From NCBI GenBank assembly GCA_963803805.1, contig CAWDOD010000004.1:224001-288000 (forward strand): DNA of 64,000 bases. The letters run 5' to 3'. Position numbers and translations under genes: made by a program. The notes below the pieces were generated by a model. The model was not told the DNA's origin. It ran no database searches and saw only the letters and a list, made by a program, of their open reading frames with translations. The stretch comes from an uncultured cyanobacterium (GTDB lineage: Bacteria; Cyanobacteriota; Cyanobacteriia; Cyanobacteriales; CAWCAG01). Shown here piece after piece: positions 9,971-19,455 of this stretch (within the stretch, counting starts at the first letter, position 1; each line of letters starts with the position of its first letter).

Positions 9971-11212
9971 ATGTCAAGTTCAATCACTAAGCTTCTCCTA
10001 ATTGAAGATGACATCGAAGATGTTGACCTCATTGAGGAGTACCTAGAGCGCGCTCAACAATTCCCTGTCACATTGGAGAATGTGGAAAACCTTGAAGCTG
10101 GTTTAGAACGCATTTCTCAAGGGGGAATTGATTTAATCCTTACAGATTTGTCTTTACCAGATGAGCAAGGATTGCAAACCTTCCGTACTCTTCATGCTTC
10201 ATTTCCTCAAATACCCACAATTATTCTTAGTGGTATGGATAATGAAGAAATTGCTGTGGCAGCAATGCAAGAAGGCGCTCAGGATTATTTAGTTAAAGGT
10301 CATTTTAAAAGTCATCTACTTACTAGAGCAATTCGCTATGCTCTCCAACGTCAACAGATCTTTTTAGAACTAGATCAACGTGTAGAACAGCGTACTGCCC
10401 AATTACAAAAAGCGGTTGAAGAGTTGCAAGCTAAAGATGCTCAATTACAAGAAGCCCTAACCGCAGAAAGAAAGTTAAGCGAACTCAAATCACGAATTAT
10501 TAGTACAATTTCCCATGAGTATCGCACTCCTTTAACCGTAATTAACTCCGCTGCGGAATTGCTCCAAGTTTATCGTCATAAGTTAACTGAGGAGAAACAA
10601 AGCAAATATTTCCGCCGCATTCAAAAGGCAGTACAAAATCTTACTGCTTTGGTTAATGATGTACTATTTATTAACCAAGCTGAATTTGAAAAACTTAAGT
10701 TTAGTCCCCAAGCAGTAGATTTAGTAGCTTTTTCTCGCGAAATTGTTGAAGAGATGCAGCCCAACTCTAGCACTTCTTCTCCTATTGAGTTTATTCACCA
10801 AGGAGATTGCCAAGACTTCTATGCTGATACTAAGCTTCTAGGGCAGCTTATAACCAATCTGCTCTCCAATGCGATCAAATATTCTCCAGAAGGGGGTTTA
10901 GTTTCTCTTCAGATTATTGGGGAACCAACCCAAGTTACCTTTAAAGTGACTGATCAAGGTATTGGTATTCCTAGTGAAGATCAAGTTAATCTTTTTTCTT
11001 CTTTTCACCGTGCCAGTAACGTTGGCACAATTCAGGGTACAGGATTAGGACTATCTATCGCTCAAAAATGTGTCGAACTTCATAAAGGAGAAATTAAAGT
11101 AGAAAGCGAAGTCGGGGTTGGTACTACTTTTACGGTTCATTTACCCAAACGAGGAAAAGTTCTTTCTATTAATGAAAATAAGGAAAGGCTATTTCATTCA
11201 CTCGTTTGTTAG
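9971..11212 (+). CDS. Hybrid receiver-histidine kinase
   Basis: N-terminal REC (LLIEDD, DLSLPD, AQDYLVK), coiled coil, ISHEYRTPL H-box, NAIKYS, GTGLGL. Confidence 0.9.
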   Translation: MSSSITKLLLIEDDIEDVDLIEEYLERAQQFPVTLENVENLEAGLERISQGGIDLILTDLSLPDEQGLQTFRTLHASFPQIPTIILSGMDNEEIAVAAMQEGAQDYLVKGHFKSHLLTRAIRYALQRQQIFLELDQRVEQRTAQLQKAVEELQAKDAQLQEALTAERKLSELKSRIISTISHEYRTPLTVINSAAELLQVYRHKLTEEKQSKYFRRIQKAVQNLTALVNDVLFINQAEFEKLKFSPQAVDLVAFSREIVEEMQPNSSTSSPIEFIHQGDCQDFYADTKLLGQLITNLLSNAIKYSPEGGLVSLQIIGEPTQVTFKVTDQGIGIPSEDQVNLFSSFHRASNVGTIQGTGLGLSIAQKCVELHKGEIKVESEVGVGTTFTVHLPKRGKVLSINENKERLFHSLVC

Positions 11213-11215
11213 CTT

Positions 11216-11848
11216 TTAGTAGGTTTCTAAATTAGTATTTTTAACGCTGATTTTTTCCACCCCAGCAGCATAAGCTCCATGTTCTGTAAATAGCCACTTA
11301 TGTAAATCCGCTAAACTTTGAATCTTGCTTTGTATTTCTAATAAATTAGCTAAAGCTATTTTTTCCTTTTCTTTTCTCTGTTGAAGAGCTTGATAAGATA
11401 TACCGACATTATCGACAGCTAAAATTTTTAAATCATAAGCTTTTAATTCTGAATTTAAACCATAAACCCATCTAAAAATATTCTCCGTTCTGGTTAAGTG
11501 GAAAGCCGAAGTGATTATTAATAATCTCCTAAATTCCCTTGGCTCAATATGAATCATTCTTGAAAAATAAGCATTGCCGATGGTATCATAAGAACTGGTT
11601 TCTGTAAGTATTTTCTGAGGATTTATGCCTTTACTCTGTAAGTAATTTGCTGCTGCTATAGATTCAAAAATAGGAAAACCAAAATTATCTAAAGGTGGTG
11701 GTTTGTGAGTAGTCCCTGCACTCAAAGTTAATAAATATTCTCCTTGATATAAGGAAATGGCACAATCAAGTCTTTTTTTTACCCAAAGTGGCAGTTCTCC
11801 TCCTTTCCTAACACCTCCCCCTAAAATTAAAATTGCATCGTATACCAT
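11216..11848 (-). CDS. YdcF/DUF218 family protein
   Basis: DAILILGGG, ETSSYDTIGNA, IITSAFHLTR. Confidence 0.8.
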   Translation of the reverse strand: MVYDAILILGGGVRKGGELPLWVKKRLDCAISLYQGEYLLTLSAGTTHKPPPLDNFGFPIFESIAAANYLQSKGINPQKILTETSSYDTIGNAYFSRMIHIEPREFRRLLIITSAFHLTRTENIFRWVYGLNSELKAYDLKILAVDNVGISYQALQQRKEKEKIALANLLEIQSKIQSLADLHKWLFTEHGAYAAGVEKISVKNTNLETY

Positions 11849-11862
11849 TCTTCAAAGAGTAA

Positions 11863-11892
11863 GCGGCGAAATCTCAAAAAAGTTTCCGCCGC
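11863..11892 (-). terminator. GC-rich hairpin downstream of petE (terminator or mRNA stabiliser)
   Basis: gcggcgaaa...tttccgccgc inverted repeat, followed by a T-rich tract on the minus strand. Confidence 0.55.
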
Positions 11893-11922
11893 CTTTGATA
11901 AACTAGAGATTATCATTAAAAA

Positions 11923-12327
11923 CTATTTAACAATAATTTTGCCCGCCATGCCTGCGCCACGATGAGGTTCGCAATAGTAAGCATATTCTCCAGAAGCTGC
12001 ATCAGAAGGAATAGTAGTTGAGTAGGATTGCCCAGGACCAAATAATAGTTCCTTGTGAGAAAGCTTGCTAGCTAAACCGCTACCACCAGGTATACCGCTA
12101 GCGTCGAAAACAGCATTATGGGGAGCAAGCTTGTTCATTACAAACTTAACAGTATCCCCTGGTTTTACAGTAATGGTGCTAGGAACAAACTGAAGTGGGT
12201 TTCCACTGTCAGCTCCCATTTTCACTGTATAGGTTTCAGCTAAGGCGGGATTCGCCGAAAAAACAAAGCTGGCAGCAACTAGTAAAAAGGCGGATACTAT
12301 GACAACCAATCGTTTGGTCATTTTCAT
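11923..12327 (-). CDS. petE: Plastocyanin precursor
   Basis: Signal peptide ending [10 protein letters not shown] and [11 protein letters not shown] type-1 copper ligands. Confidence 0.97.
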   Translation of the reverse strand: MKMTKRLVVIVSAFLLVAASFVFSANPALAETYTVKMGADSGNPLQFVPSTITVKPGDTVKFVMNKLAPHNAVFDASGIPGGSGLASKLSHKELLFGPGQSYSTTIPSDAASGEYAYYCEPHRGAGMAGKIIVK

Positions 12328-12374
12328 GGATTTTCCTCTTGAATTTTTTGTAGAATTTTGTCACTAACAAAAGC

Positions 12375-12423
12375 TATATGACATTACGTCATAGTGAAAT
12401 TATATGACATTATGTCATAGTGA
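12375..12423. promoter_or_regulatory. Tandem palindromic operator upstream of petE (putative PetR/CopY-type sites)
   Basis: 23-bp direct repeat tatatgacattacgtcatagtga / tatatgacattatgtcatagtga, 26-bp period, each with a TATGAC-N5-GTCATA palindrome. Confidence 0.75.
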
Positions 12424-12774
12424 CGAACAGATTTACTAGTGTTTCTACACAATATAATCTTCCCTATTAAACAGAACAGCACTCACTAGAGGACAGCCGC
12501 AGTCAGGATTTGACCATCATGACAAATAAAAGCTACAGGTGTGCTAAGGGAAATAGAAAGTAATATTAGATTAAGGCTCTTTACTGCTTCCTAAATAAAA
12601 AAGATGATATTAACACTTAAAAACTTGTCTAAAATATTAATATCTGATTAAGAAAGAATTGACTTTTGATTAACTACATAGAAAGTTTTTCTCTACTCAA
12701 AATTCTTCTGCTATTTAAGTAGAAATAAGGCTAAAATATGGCCAATACTTCTATTTTAAAGCCTCAAATTTATA

Positions 12775-14133
12775 ATGAACACTATGATGATACAGGTTGA
12801 GGAGCAAAAGTTGAATTTGCCAGTTTTTTCTAATTCTGGAAGACCAGTTCTTGAGTTGAATTCCACCCTTATTGAGTTATCTCTTTATGATTTTCAAGTT
12901 GAAATATCTCATATAAGTAAAGAAGTTACTAAGAAATTTGAGAGTTCCCCCTTAATACCAGGAGTCATTCTAACTGAGGATGGTAAATTGGTGGGAATGA
13001 TTTCTCGGCGACGCTTTTTAGAGCGTATGAGTAGACCCTATGGATTAGAATTATTTCTCAAGCGACCTTTGAAATCTTTGTATGATTTCATTAATACTGA
13101 AATGATTATTCTCAGTGCTGATACTTTAATAGTAGAAGCAGCAGAAAAATCTCTTCAGCGCCCCGGAAAATTACTATCTGAACCGATTATTGTAGAACTA
13201 GAAAGCAAGGTTTATCGCTTACTTGATATACATCAATTGTTAGTAGCTCAGTCTAAAATTCATAAATTGACAACACAACTATTAGAAGAAAAAACCCAAG
13301 CCCATTTAGTACAAACAGAAAAGATGGCTAGCTTAGGGCGTATGGTTGCAGGGGTAGCCCACGAAATCAAAAATCCGGTTAATAGTGTTAACGGTAATTT
13401 AGAATATTTATCTACTTATTGCCAAGATATACTTAACTTGCTAGGGGAATATCAACAAACTTTTCCAGAGAAAACCACTGATATTAAAGAATTAGAAGAA
13501 GATATAGAGTTAGATTTTATTCTCGAAGATTTGCCCAAAATGCTGATGAGTATGCAAGTTGGAGCCAAGAAATTAACAGAAATTGTCACCAGCTTACGTA
13601 ACTTTTCTCGTCTTGAAGATAAGAAAAAACAATTAGTAGATATTCACGAATGCTTAGAAAGTACTTTGTTGATTTTAAATCATAGCCTTAAGTACGATAT
13701 TACTGTTACTAAAAATTACGGTGAACTACCACAAATAGTTGGTTATTCTGCTAAGTTAGGACAGGTTTTTATGAATATCATTGCTAATGGTATCGACACA
13801 TTATTAGAAGTGAAAGAAAATCGTAATTCAAAAGATGAAGACTGGCAACCTCAAATCACTATTATCACCACCAACCTAGAATTAGATAAAGCTTCTCGAT
13901 GGATAGCAGTTACCATCACTGATAATGGTGCAGGTATCCCTCTAGAAATTCAAGAGAGCATTTTTGAAACTTTCTTTACTACTAAACCTGTCGGTAAGGG
14001 TACAGGACTAGGACTCGCCATCAGCAATCAAATTGTAACCGAAACCCACGGAGGAAAATTGAATATGCGATCCCAGCTCAACGTTGGTACAGAGTTTGAA
14101 ATTTTACTTCCTGTAACTAGTCAAATAATTTAA
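12775..14133 (+). CDS. Sensor histidine kinase with N-terminal CBS-like region (NtrB-like transmitter)
   Basis: PGVILTEDGKLVGMISR CBS-like segment; EKMASLGRMVAGVAHEIKNP; FFTTKPVGKGTGLGL. Confidence 0.85.
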   Translation: MNTMMIQVEEQKLNLPVFSNSGRPVLELNSTLIELSLYDFQVEISHISKEVTKKFESSPLIPGVILTEDGKLVGMISRRRFLERMSRPYGLELFLKRPLKSLYDFINTEMIILSADTLIVEAAEKSLQRPGKLLSEPIIVELESKVYRLLDIHQLLVAQSKIHKLTTQLLEEKTQAHLVQTEKMASLGRMVAGVAHEIKNPVNSVNGNLEYLSTYCQDILNLLGEYQQTFPEKTTDIKELEEDIELDFILEDLPKMLMSMQVGAKKLTEIVTSLRNFSRLEDKKKQLVDIHECLESTLLILNHSLKYDITVTKNYGELPQIVGYSAKLGQVFMNIIANGIDTLLEVKENRNSKDEDWQPQITIITTNLELDKASRWIAVTITDNGAGIPLEIQESIFETFFTTKPVGKGTGLGLAISNQIVTETHGGKLNMRSQLNVGTEFEILLPVTSQII

Positions 14134-14162
14134 TTTTCCCAACTACAGCAATGATTTTACTA

Positions 14163-14192
14163 ATTAACCAATATTTAACCTTTAGTTTACTC
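14163..14192 (+). promoter_or_regulatory. Distal Pho-box-like tandem (SphR)
   Basis: ATTAACCA / TTTAACCT / GTTTACTC at 11-bp period; cyanobacterial Pho box consensus is PyTTAAPyPy(T/A) repeats. Confidence 0.5.
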
Positions 14193-14429
14193 AATCATAA
14201 TCCGATTCTAAATAAGTAACAATACAATAAAAGCAAGGTTAGTTTAGATCAATAATTGATCACTTCTTTTTTGCCTAAAAAGACTAGTAAATGTAATAAA
14301 GTTTTTCTGGTATTAAATCCAACTTAGATGGTTTGCAAGATACTGAAAACAATAGTTGTTGAGACAGCTAAAACACTAATTTTATCTTGGATTATAACGA
14401 TTAATTATTAATAGCTTGGTTAGGGCTTT

Positions 14430-14448
14430 CTTAACCAAAGTTTAACTT
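14430..14448 (+). promoter_or_regulatory. Pho box upstream of pstS
   Basis: CTTAACCA (14430) and TTTAACTT (14441), 11-bp period, upstream of the pst operon. Confidence 0.7.
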
Positions 14449-14572
14449 GACAGACAGGTAGAATTTGAAATACTAATAGTGTGTTTACTCACTATTGTTG
14501 CAGGTGTGCAAAACAGATGTTCGCTCCATCTTAAATTTATGACCTTGATGACTGATTGAAGAGACACTTTTT

Positions 14573-15616
14573 ATGACTATTAGAATGCAAATGAAACGTC
14601 AATCCATACTCTTTTTTGTAGGGATTATTGCCCTAGCAATGACTGCCTGTACTGGTGGAGATGAAGCATCTACAGACGATGGTAGTGAAACGGCTGGTGG
14701 TGAATCAGGATTAAGCGGAGAGATTTCTGCTGATGGTTCTAGCACCGTATTACCTATCTCTGAGATCATGGCTGAGGATTTCCAGGGGGATAACGCTGAT
14801 GTAAATGTTGTTGTTGCTTCATCGGGTACTGGGGGTGGTTTCGAGAAATTCTGTGCTGGTGATACAGACATTTCCAATGCCTCTCGCCCCATTAAAGAAG
14901 AAGAAATTGCTGCCTGTGAAGAAAACGGAGTCGAGTTTGTCGAAATCCCCGTGGCTTTTGATGGTCTTACCGTAGTTGTCAACCCGGAAGACGACTGGGC
15001 AGAATGCTTAACTACTGAAGAATTAAATAAAATGTGGGCTGCCCCAGCAGAAGATACAGTCAAAAACTGGAACCAAGTTAACAGCGAATTTCCAGACGAA
15101 GAACTTAAATTATATGGACCTGGGGAAGACTCTGGTACTTTCGACTACTTCAATGAAGCTGTTACTGATGAAGAAGGAAGCCGCAAAGACTATAGTAATG
15201 TCGGTGAAAAAGACAATGTAATTGTTCAAGGGGTTTCTAGTGAAAAAGGTGCTTTAGGTTACTTCGGTTATGCTTACTTTGAAGAGAACCAAGATAGCCT
15301 CAAAGCAGTAGAAATTGAAAATGCTGATGGAGATTGTGTTGCTCCTAGTGCAGAAACCATTGCTGATGGTACTTATAATCCCTTAGCCCGTCCTCTATTC
15401 ATCTACCTTAAGAAAGAATCATTGGAAAGCAAGCCAGAAGTGAAAGCTTTCGCTGAGTATCATCTTGCCAACCCCTCCTTAGTAGAAGAAGTTGGCTATG
15501 TAGCTTTACCTGAAGATATTCTCGAAAAAGCTAAAGCACGTCTAGACTCTGCCACCACTGGCGCTATGTTTGAAGGGGGTTCTTCTTTAGGACAGAAGCT
15601 CATAGATAAGCTATAA
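14573..15616 (+). CDS. pstS: Phosphate ABC transporter substrate-binding lipoprotein
   Basis: Lipobox MTAC; DGSSTVLP, SGTGGGF, DSGTFDYF, YNPLARPLFIY. Confidence 0.93.
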   Translation: MTIRMQMKRQSILFFVGIIALAMTACTGGDEASTDDGSETAGGESGLSGEISADGSSTVLPISEIMAEDFQGDNADVNVVVASSGTGGGFEKFCAGDTDISNASRPIKEEEIAACEENGVEFVEIPVAFDGLTVVVNPEDDWAECLTTEELNKMWAAPAEDTVKNWNQVNSEFPDEELKLYGPGEDSGTFDYFNEAVTDEEGSRKDYSNVGEKDNVIVQGVSSEKGALGYFGYAYFEENQDSLKAVEIENADGDCVAPSAETIADGTYNPLARPLFIYLKKESLESKPEVKAFAEYHLANPSLVEEVGYVALPEDILEKAKARLDSATTGAMFEGGSSLGQKLIDKL

Positions 15617-15672
15617 ACTTAATCGAAATAGCTTTGAGATATTGACAATTTCTTTAGGGTTAGTAAGTTAAA

Positions 15673-15711
15673 AAACTGTAGGGACAACCTCATAAAGCGT
15701 CTCTACAGTTT
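15673..15711. repeat. REP-like hairpin between pstS and pstC
   Basis: aaactgtagggac...gtctctacagttt inverted repeat with GTAG/CTAC ends. Confidence 0.6.
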
Positions 15712-15778
15712 CTTGCTTATTACACAAAATATTTAAGGGTGCATTCCCCAGTTATCAATAATCAATGGCCCACAAGCA

Positions 15779-16711
15779 ATGACAAATGATTTAACAGATT
15801 CTCGAAATAACCAAGAAAATCTCTGGCAACCAAACCGCAAAAAGAGTAAACAAGTTGAACTAGCTGTTAAAATACTTTTTGCTAGTTTTGCATTAGTTTC
15901 TGTACTAACTACTGTCGGTATTGTTATCACCCTAATTTTTGAAACTATTGAGTTTTTCAAAGAAGTTCCCATTTGGAACTTTCTCACTGACTCAGAATGG
16001 CGGCCTGATGACAGCTTTGGTATCTTTGCCCTGATTAGCGGCACTGTACTTACTTCTACTATTGCCATCATGGTTGCCCTACCTTTAGGTTTATTAGCAG
16101 CAATTTGTTTGAGTGAATATGCTAGCCCCAAAACCAGAAAGTGGCTTAAACCAGCCCTAGAACTCTTAGCAGGGGTTCCTAGCGTCGTCTTTGGTTATTT
16201 TGCCCTTTTATTTGTAACTCCATTCCTAAGAAGCTTTGTACCAGGATTGGAAATTTTTAACGCCCTAAGTGCAGGGCTAGTTTTGGGAGTGGCGATTACT
16301 CCTTTGGTAGCTTCTTTAAGTGAAGATGCTATTTACTCTGTCCCTGGGAGTTTACGACAGGGTGCTTATGCCCTAGGTACTACCAAACGAGAAGCCATTA
16401 CTAGTGTTGTCTTACCAGCAGCTTTATCAGGTATCGTTGCCTCAACGATTTTAGCTATTTCCAGGGCAGTAGGGGAAACGATGATTGTTACTTTAGCAGC
16501 CGGACAACAGCCTCGTATGGGCTTTAACCCCCTCGTACAGGTACAAACCATGACAGCCTTCATCGTCGCTGTAACTACCGGAGAAGCAAGCGTAGGCTCC
16601 CTCAAGTTTAAGACCCTCTTCGCTGTGGGCATGACCTTATTTGTAATGACTTTAACCCTGAATATATTTAGCTTCTGGTTTGTACGTCGCTTCCGAGAGA
16701 AATATGACTAA
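15779..16711 (+). CDS. pstC: Phosphate ABC transporter permease
   Basis: ELLAGVPSVVFG, SRAVGETM; operon context. Confidence 0.95.
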   Translation: MTNDLTDSRNNQENLWQPNRKKSKQVELAVKILFASFALVSVLTTVGIVITLIFETIEFFKEVPIWNFLTDSEWRPDDSFGIFALISGTVLTSTIAIMVALPLGLLAAICLSEYASPKTRKWLKPALELLAGVPSVVFGYFALLFVTPFLRSFVPGLEIFNALSAGLVLGVAITPLVASLSEDAIYSVPGSLRQGAYALGTTKREAITSVVLPAALSGIVASTILAISRAVGETMIVTLAAGQQPRMGFNPLVQVQTMTAFIVAVTTGEASVGSLKFKTLFAVGMTLFVMTLTLNIFSFWFVRRFREKYD

Positions 16712-16756
16712 GTATAAGGAGAAGCCAATAACTTGATAACCGATAAATAAAAACCA

Positions 16757-17674
16757 ATGACTACACAAACCCCTCAACCTCTCTCCTCCGGAAAACCAGC
16801 TAACCTATTTAATAGCAACAGACAAAAACGCTACCAACTCGATAAACTATTTGCTGCTTTAACCTGGACAGCTACTTTTATTGCCCTGCTGATTTTGGCA
16901 GTGCTATTAATTGATGTCCTCATTGATGGCGTTGCCCAACTAAATTGGTCTTTTATCGTCAGTGACATCTCTCCTAGACCAACAAGGGCAGGAGTTTTCC
17001 AAGCTTTAATTGGTAGTATTTGGCTTTTGGGATTAACTGCTTTAATTTCTTTTCCTTTGGGAGTAGGCACAGGTATCTATCTAGAAGAGTTTGCTGCTGA
17101 TAGCTTTTTAGCCAAGGTAGTGGAAATCAATATTTCTAACCTCGCAGGGGTTCCAGCCATTATTTATGGACTACTGGGATTAGGAATATTTGTTAACGTG
17201 TTAAGACCCCTAACAGGAGGTAATAGCGTCATCTCCGGGGCTTTAACTATGTCCCTGCTAATTTTACCAATTATTATTGTTTCTACTCGCGAAGCCTTGA
17301 GATCAGTTCCTGATAGTACTCGTTTAGCTGGATTAGCATTGGGGGCAACTCTTTGGCAAACCATTAGATCCCACGTCTTTCCCGTTGCTTTACCTGGTAT
17401 TCTCACCGGAACTATCTTGGCCCTTTCCCGTGCCATCGGTGAAGCTGCACCTTTAATCGTCATTGGGGCAGCAGGGTATATTGCTTTCACACCAGATAGT
17501 CTCCAAAGTCCTTTTACCGCGTTACCAGTGCTTATTTATAAGTGGATTGATGATCCTAAAGACTTATTCCACGATAAAGCCGCAGCCGCAATCATTGTGT
17601 TGATGATTGTCTTGGTAACTATGAATGCTACAGCAATTATTCTTCGCAATAAGTTCCAAAACCAGGGTCGCTAA
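16757..17674 (+). CDS. pstA: Phosphate ABC transporter permease
   Basis: [20 protein letters not shown]; operon context. Confidence 0.95.
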   Translation: MTTQTPQPLSSGKPANLFNSNRQKRYQLDKLFAALTWTATFIALLILAVLLIDVLIDGVAQLNWSFIVSDISPRPTRAGVFQALIGSIWLLGLTALISFPLGVGTGIYLEEFAADSFLAKVVEINISNLAGVPAIIYGLLGLGIFVNVLRPLTGGNSVISGALTMSLLILPIIIVSTREALRSVPDSTRLAGLALGATLWQTIRSHVFPVALPGILTGTILALSRAIGEAAPLIVIGAAGYIAFTPDSLQSPFTALPVLIYKWIDDPKDLFHDKAAAAIIVLMIVLVTMNATAIILRNKFQNQGR

Positions 17675-17718
17675 ATTCTTTTGAACTACTAAAAATCTAT
17701 TCCTCGAACTATTCTCTT

Positions 17719-18528
17719 ATGTTATCTGAATCTTCTCCTTCTCAAACTATTACTGAAGCAATTCTACGGGCTAAGAATGTCAACGTTTTTTATGGTTCTA
17801 ACCTAGCTGTACGGGAAGTTTCCCTAGATATTCCCAAAAATAAAATTGTCGCTTTTATTGGTCCTTCCGGTTGTGGGAAAAGCACCATCTTGCGTTGTTT
17901 TAACCGTATGAACGATTTAATCCCTAGCGCAAGTATGAAAGGACAAATTACTTATAAAGGGAGGGACATTTATCACAAGAAAGTTGACCCAGTAGAACTT
18001 CGTAGTAACATTGGCATGGTATTCCAAAAACCAAACCCCTTCCCTAAATCAATTTATGAAAATATCGCTTTTGGAGCCAGAATTAATGGTTACAGGGGAG
18101 ATATGGATGAATTGGTAGAACAATCTTTAAGGGGGGCAGCCCTTTGGGAAGAAGTAAAAGATAAACTCAGAGAAAGTGGTTTGGCATTGTCTGGAGGCCA
18201 ACAACAACGCCTTTGTATTGCCAGGGCGATCGCCATCGCCCCTGAAGTAATTTTGATGGATGAGCCTTGTTCGGCCCTAGATCCTATTTCTACTTTAAAA
18301 GTAGAAGAATTACTCCATGAATTGAAGGAGCAGTATACTATTGTGATTGTTACTCACAATATGCAACAAGCTTCACGGGTATCTGATCTCACCGCTTTTT
18401 ATAATGCAGAAGCCACAGAAACAGGTAATAAAGTTGGCTACTTGGTAGAATACGATCGCACAGAAATCATTTTCCAATCCCCAGCCCAACAATCTACTCA
18501 AGAATACGTTAGTGGACGCTTTGGATAA
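17719..18528 (+). CDS. pstB: Phosphate ABC transporter ATPase
   Basis: [43 protein letters not shown] terminus. Confidence 0.97.
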   Translation: MLSESSPSQTITEAILRAKNVNVFYGSNLAVREVSLDIPKNKIVAFIGPSGCGKSTILRCFNRMNDLIPSASMKGQITYKGRDIYHKKVDPVELRSNIGMVFQKPNPFPKSIYENIAFGARINGYRGDMDELVEQSLRGAALWEEVKDKLRESGLALSGGQQQRLCIARAIAIAPEVILMDEPCSALDPISTLKVEELLHELKEQYTIVIVTHNMQQASRVSDLTAFYNAEATETGNKVGYLVEYDRTEIIFQSPAQQSTQEYVSGRFG

Positions 18529-18539
18529 TTAATCAGCAA

Positions 18540-18625
18540 TATCGTAATTTAAGTTGATAAGTATTGGGGCGGGTTTATTTACTCTAATGTTGGGTATCGT
18601 AATTTAAGTTGAAACCCGCCCCTAC
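18540..18625. repeat. REP-like inverted repeat with an 18-bp direct repeat between convergent genes
   Basis: ggggcgggttt (18566-18576) / aaacccgcccc (18612-18622); tatcgtaatttaagttga at 18540 and 18595. Confidence 0.75.
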
Positions 18626-18631
18626 GGGCAA

Positions 18632-19186
18632 TTAATTAGAAACCTCTTCCATCTCAATTATTCTTTCTTCAATATCCTTAACCAAAAAATTCAACGGCCT
18701 CATACGCAGCACTTTATACTTTAAGCGCCGAGATTGTACGCGCATGAGAACCTGTTCTAAACAATCATGGTCAAAGCAAACATGGCGATGACAATTTTTA
18801 CGGCCATAACTAGCCCCAGAGATAACGTGCAACTGAGTATTCTTCTTTAATTGATACCAAAGCCCTTCAGCACTGCTAAAACTTGTACTTTCCGAAGAGC
18901 CAACATTGGTTGACATATATAAAGGGTCGATGCCAGAAGTTCCTAAAGTTTGCTCATAGTTATAGTAGTAATGTAGCGGTACATCAGCCACAGGCATATC
19001 TAAAAGACCTTCATAAAATTGCCGCGCTACTTCCAAATCAGATACCATAACAGTGTGTACTTTAGGAGCGCTAGTTAGAAAAAGCCACATAGCCCCAGCA
19101 TAGGCAGCCAAAAGCATCACCATGATGCCTTGGGTCGAAAAAAGGCTATCTAAAGGAAGAGAAGGTAAAAAAGCTCCCAAGTACAT
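18632..19186 (-). CDS. Conserved cyanobacterial glyoxalase/VOC-like protein with N-terminal TM helix
   Basis: VHTVMVSDLEVARQFYEGLL, QLHVI, RHVCF VOC-like motifs. Confidence 0.75.
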   Translation of the reverse strand: MYLGAFLPSLPLDSLFSTQGIMVMLLAAYAGAMWLFLTSAPKVHTVMVSDLEVARQFYEGLLDMPVADVPLHYYYNYEQTLGTSGIDPLYMSTNVGSSESTSFSSAEGLWYQLKKNTQLHVISGASYGRKNCHRHVCFDHDCLEQVLMRVQSRRLKYKVLRMRPLNFLVKDIEERIIEMEEVSN

Positions 19187-19455
19187 AGATTCAAGACAAC
19201 TTTAATGAAGTAAAAATGCTCATACATAGCTATACTAGCATTTTCGATTGTAAATAACTGAGTTGGCAAAATCTCAAAAAAATTAGACCCCAATAGCCAA
19301 CAGAGAAAGGGGAAATACTAAGTACTCCACATCAGCTTATCGATATATCTCTTCAAAAAGACTCGAATATTTCCGAACTACCAGGTAAAATAGGCAGATT
19401 AATATGGATACAAAGTATAATCCCAGCAACCCTTGCAAATTAATCTCTAAGAACT

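Noticed and set aside
12375..12423. Direct repeats here and at 18540 as a mini-CRISPR
   Set aside because: Only two copies each, a 3-bp gap here, and no cas genes in the window
14599..17490. Minus-strand ORFs within pstSCA, and similar shadows within pil, dnaK/J, cmp, ndh and glpD genes
   Set aside because: Antisense or alternate-frame shadows of well-supported genes
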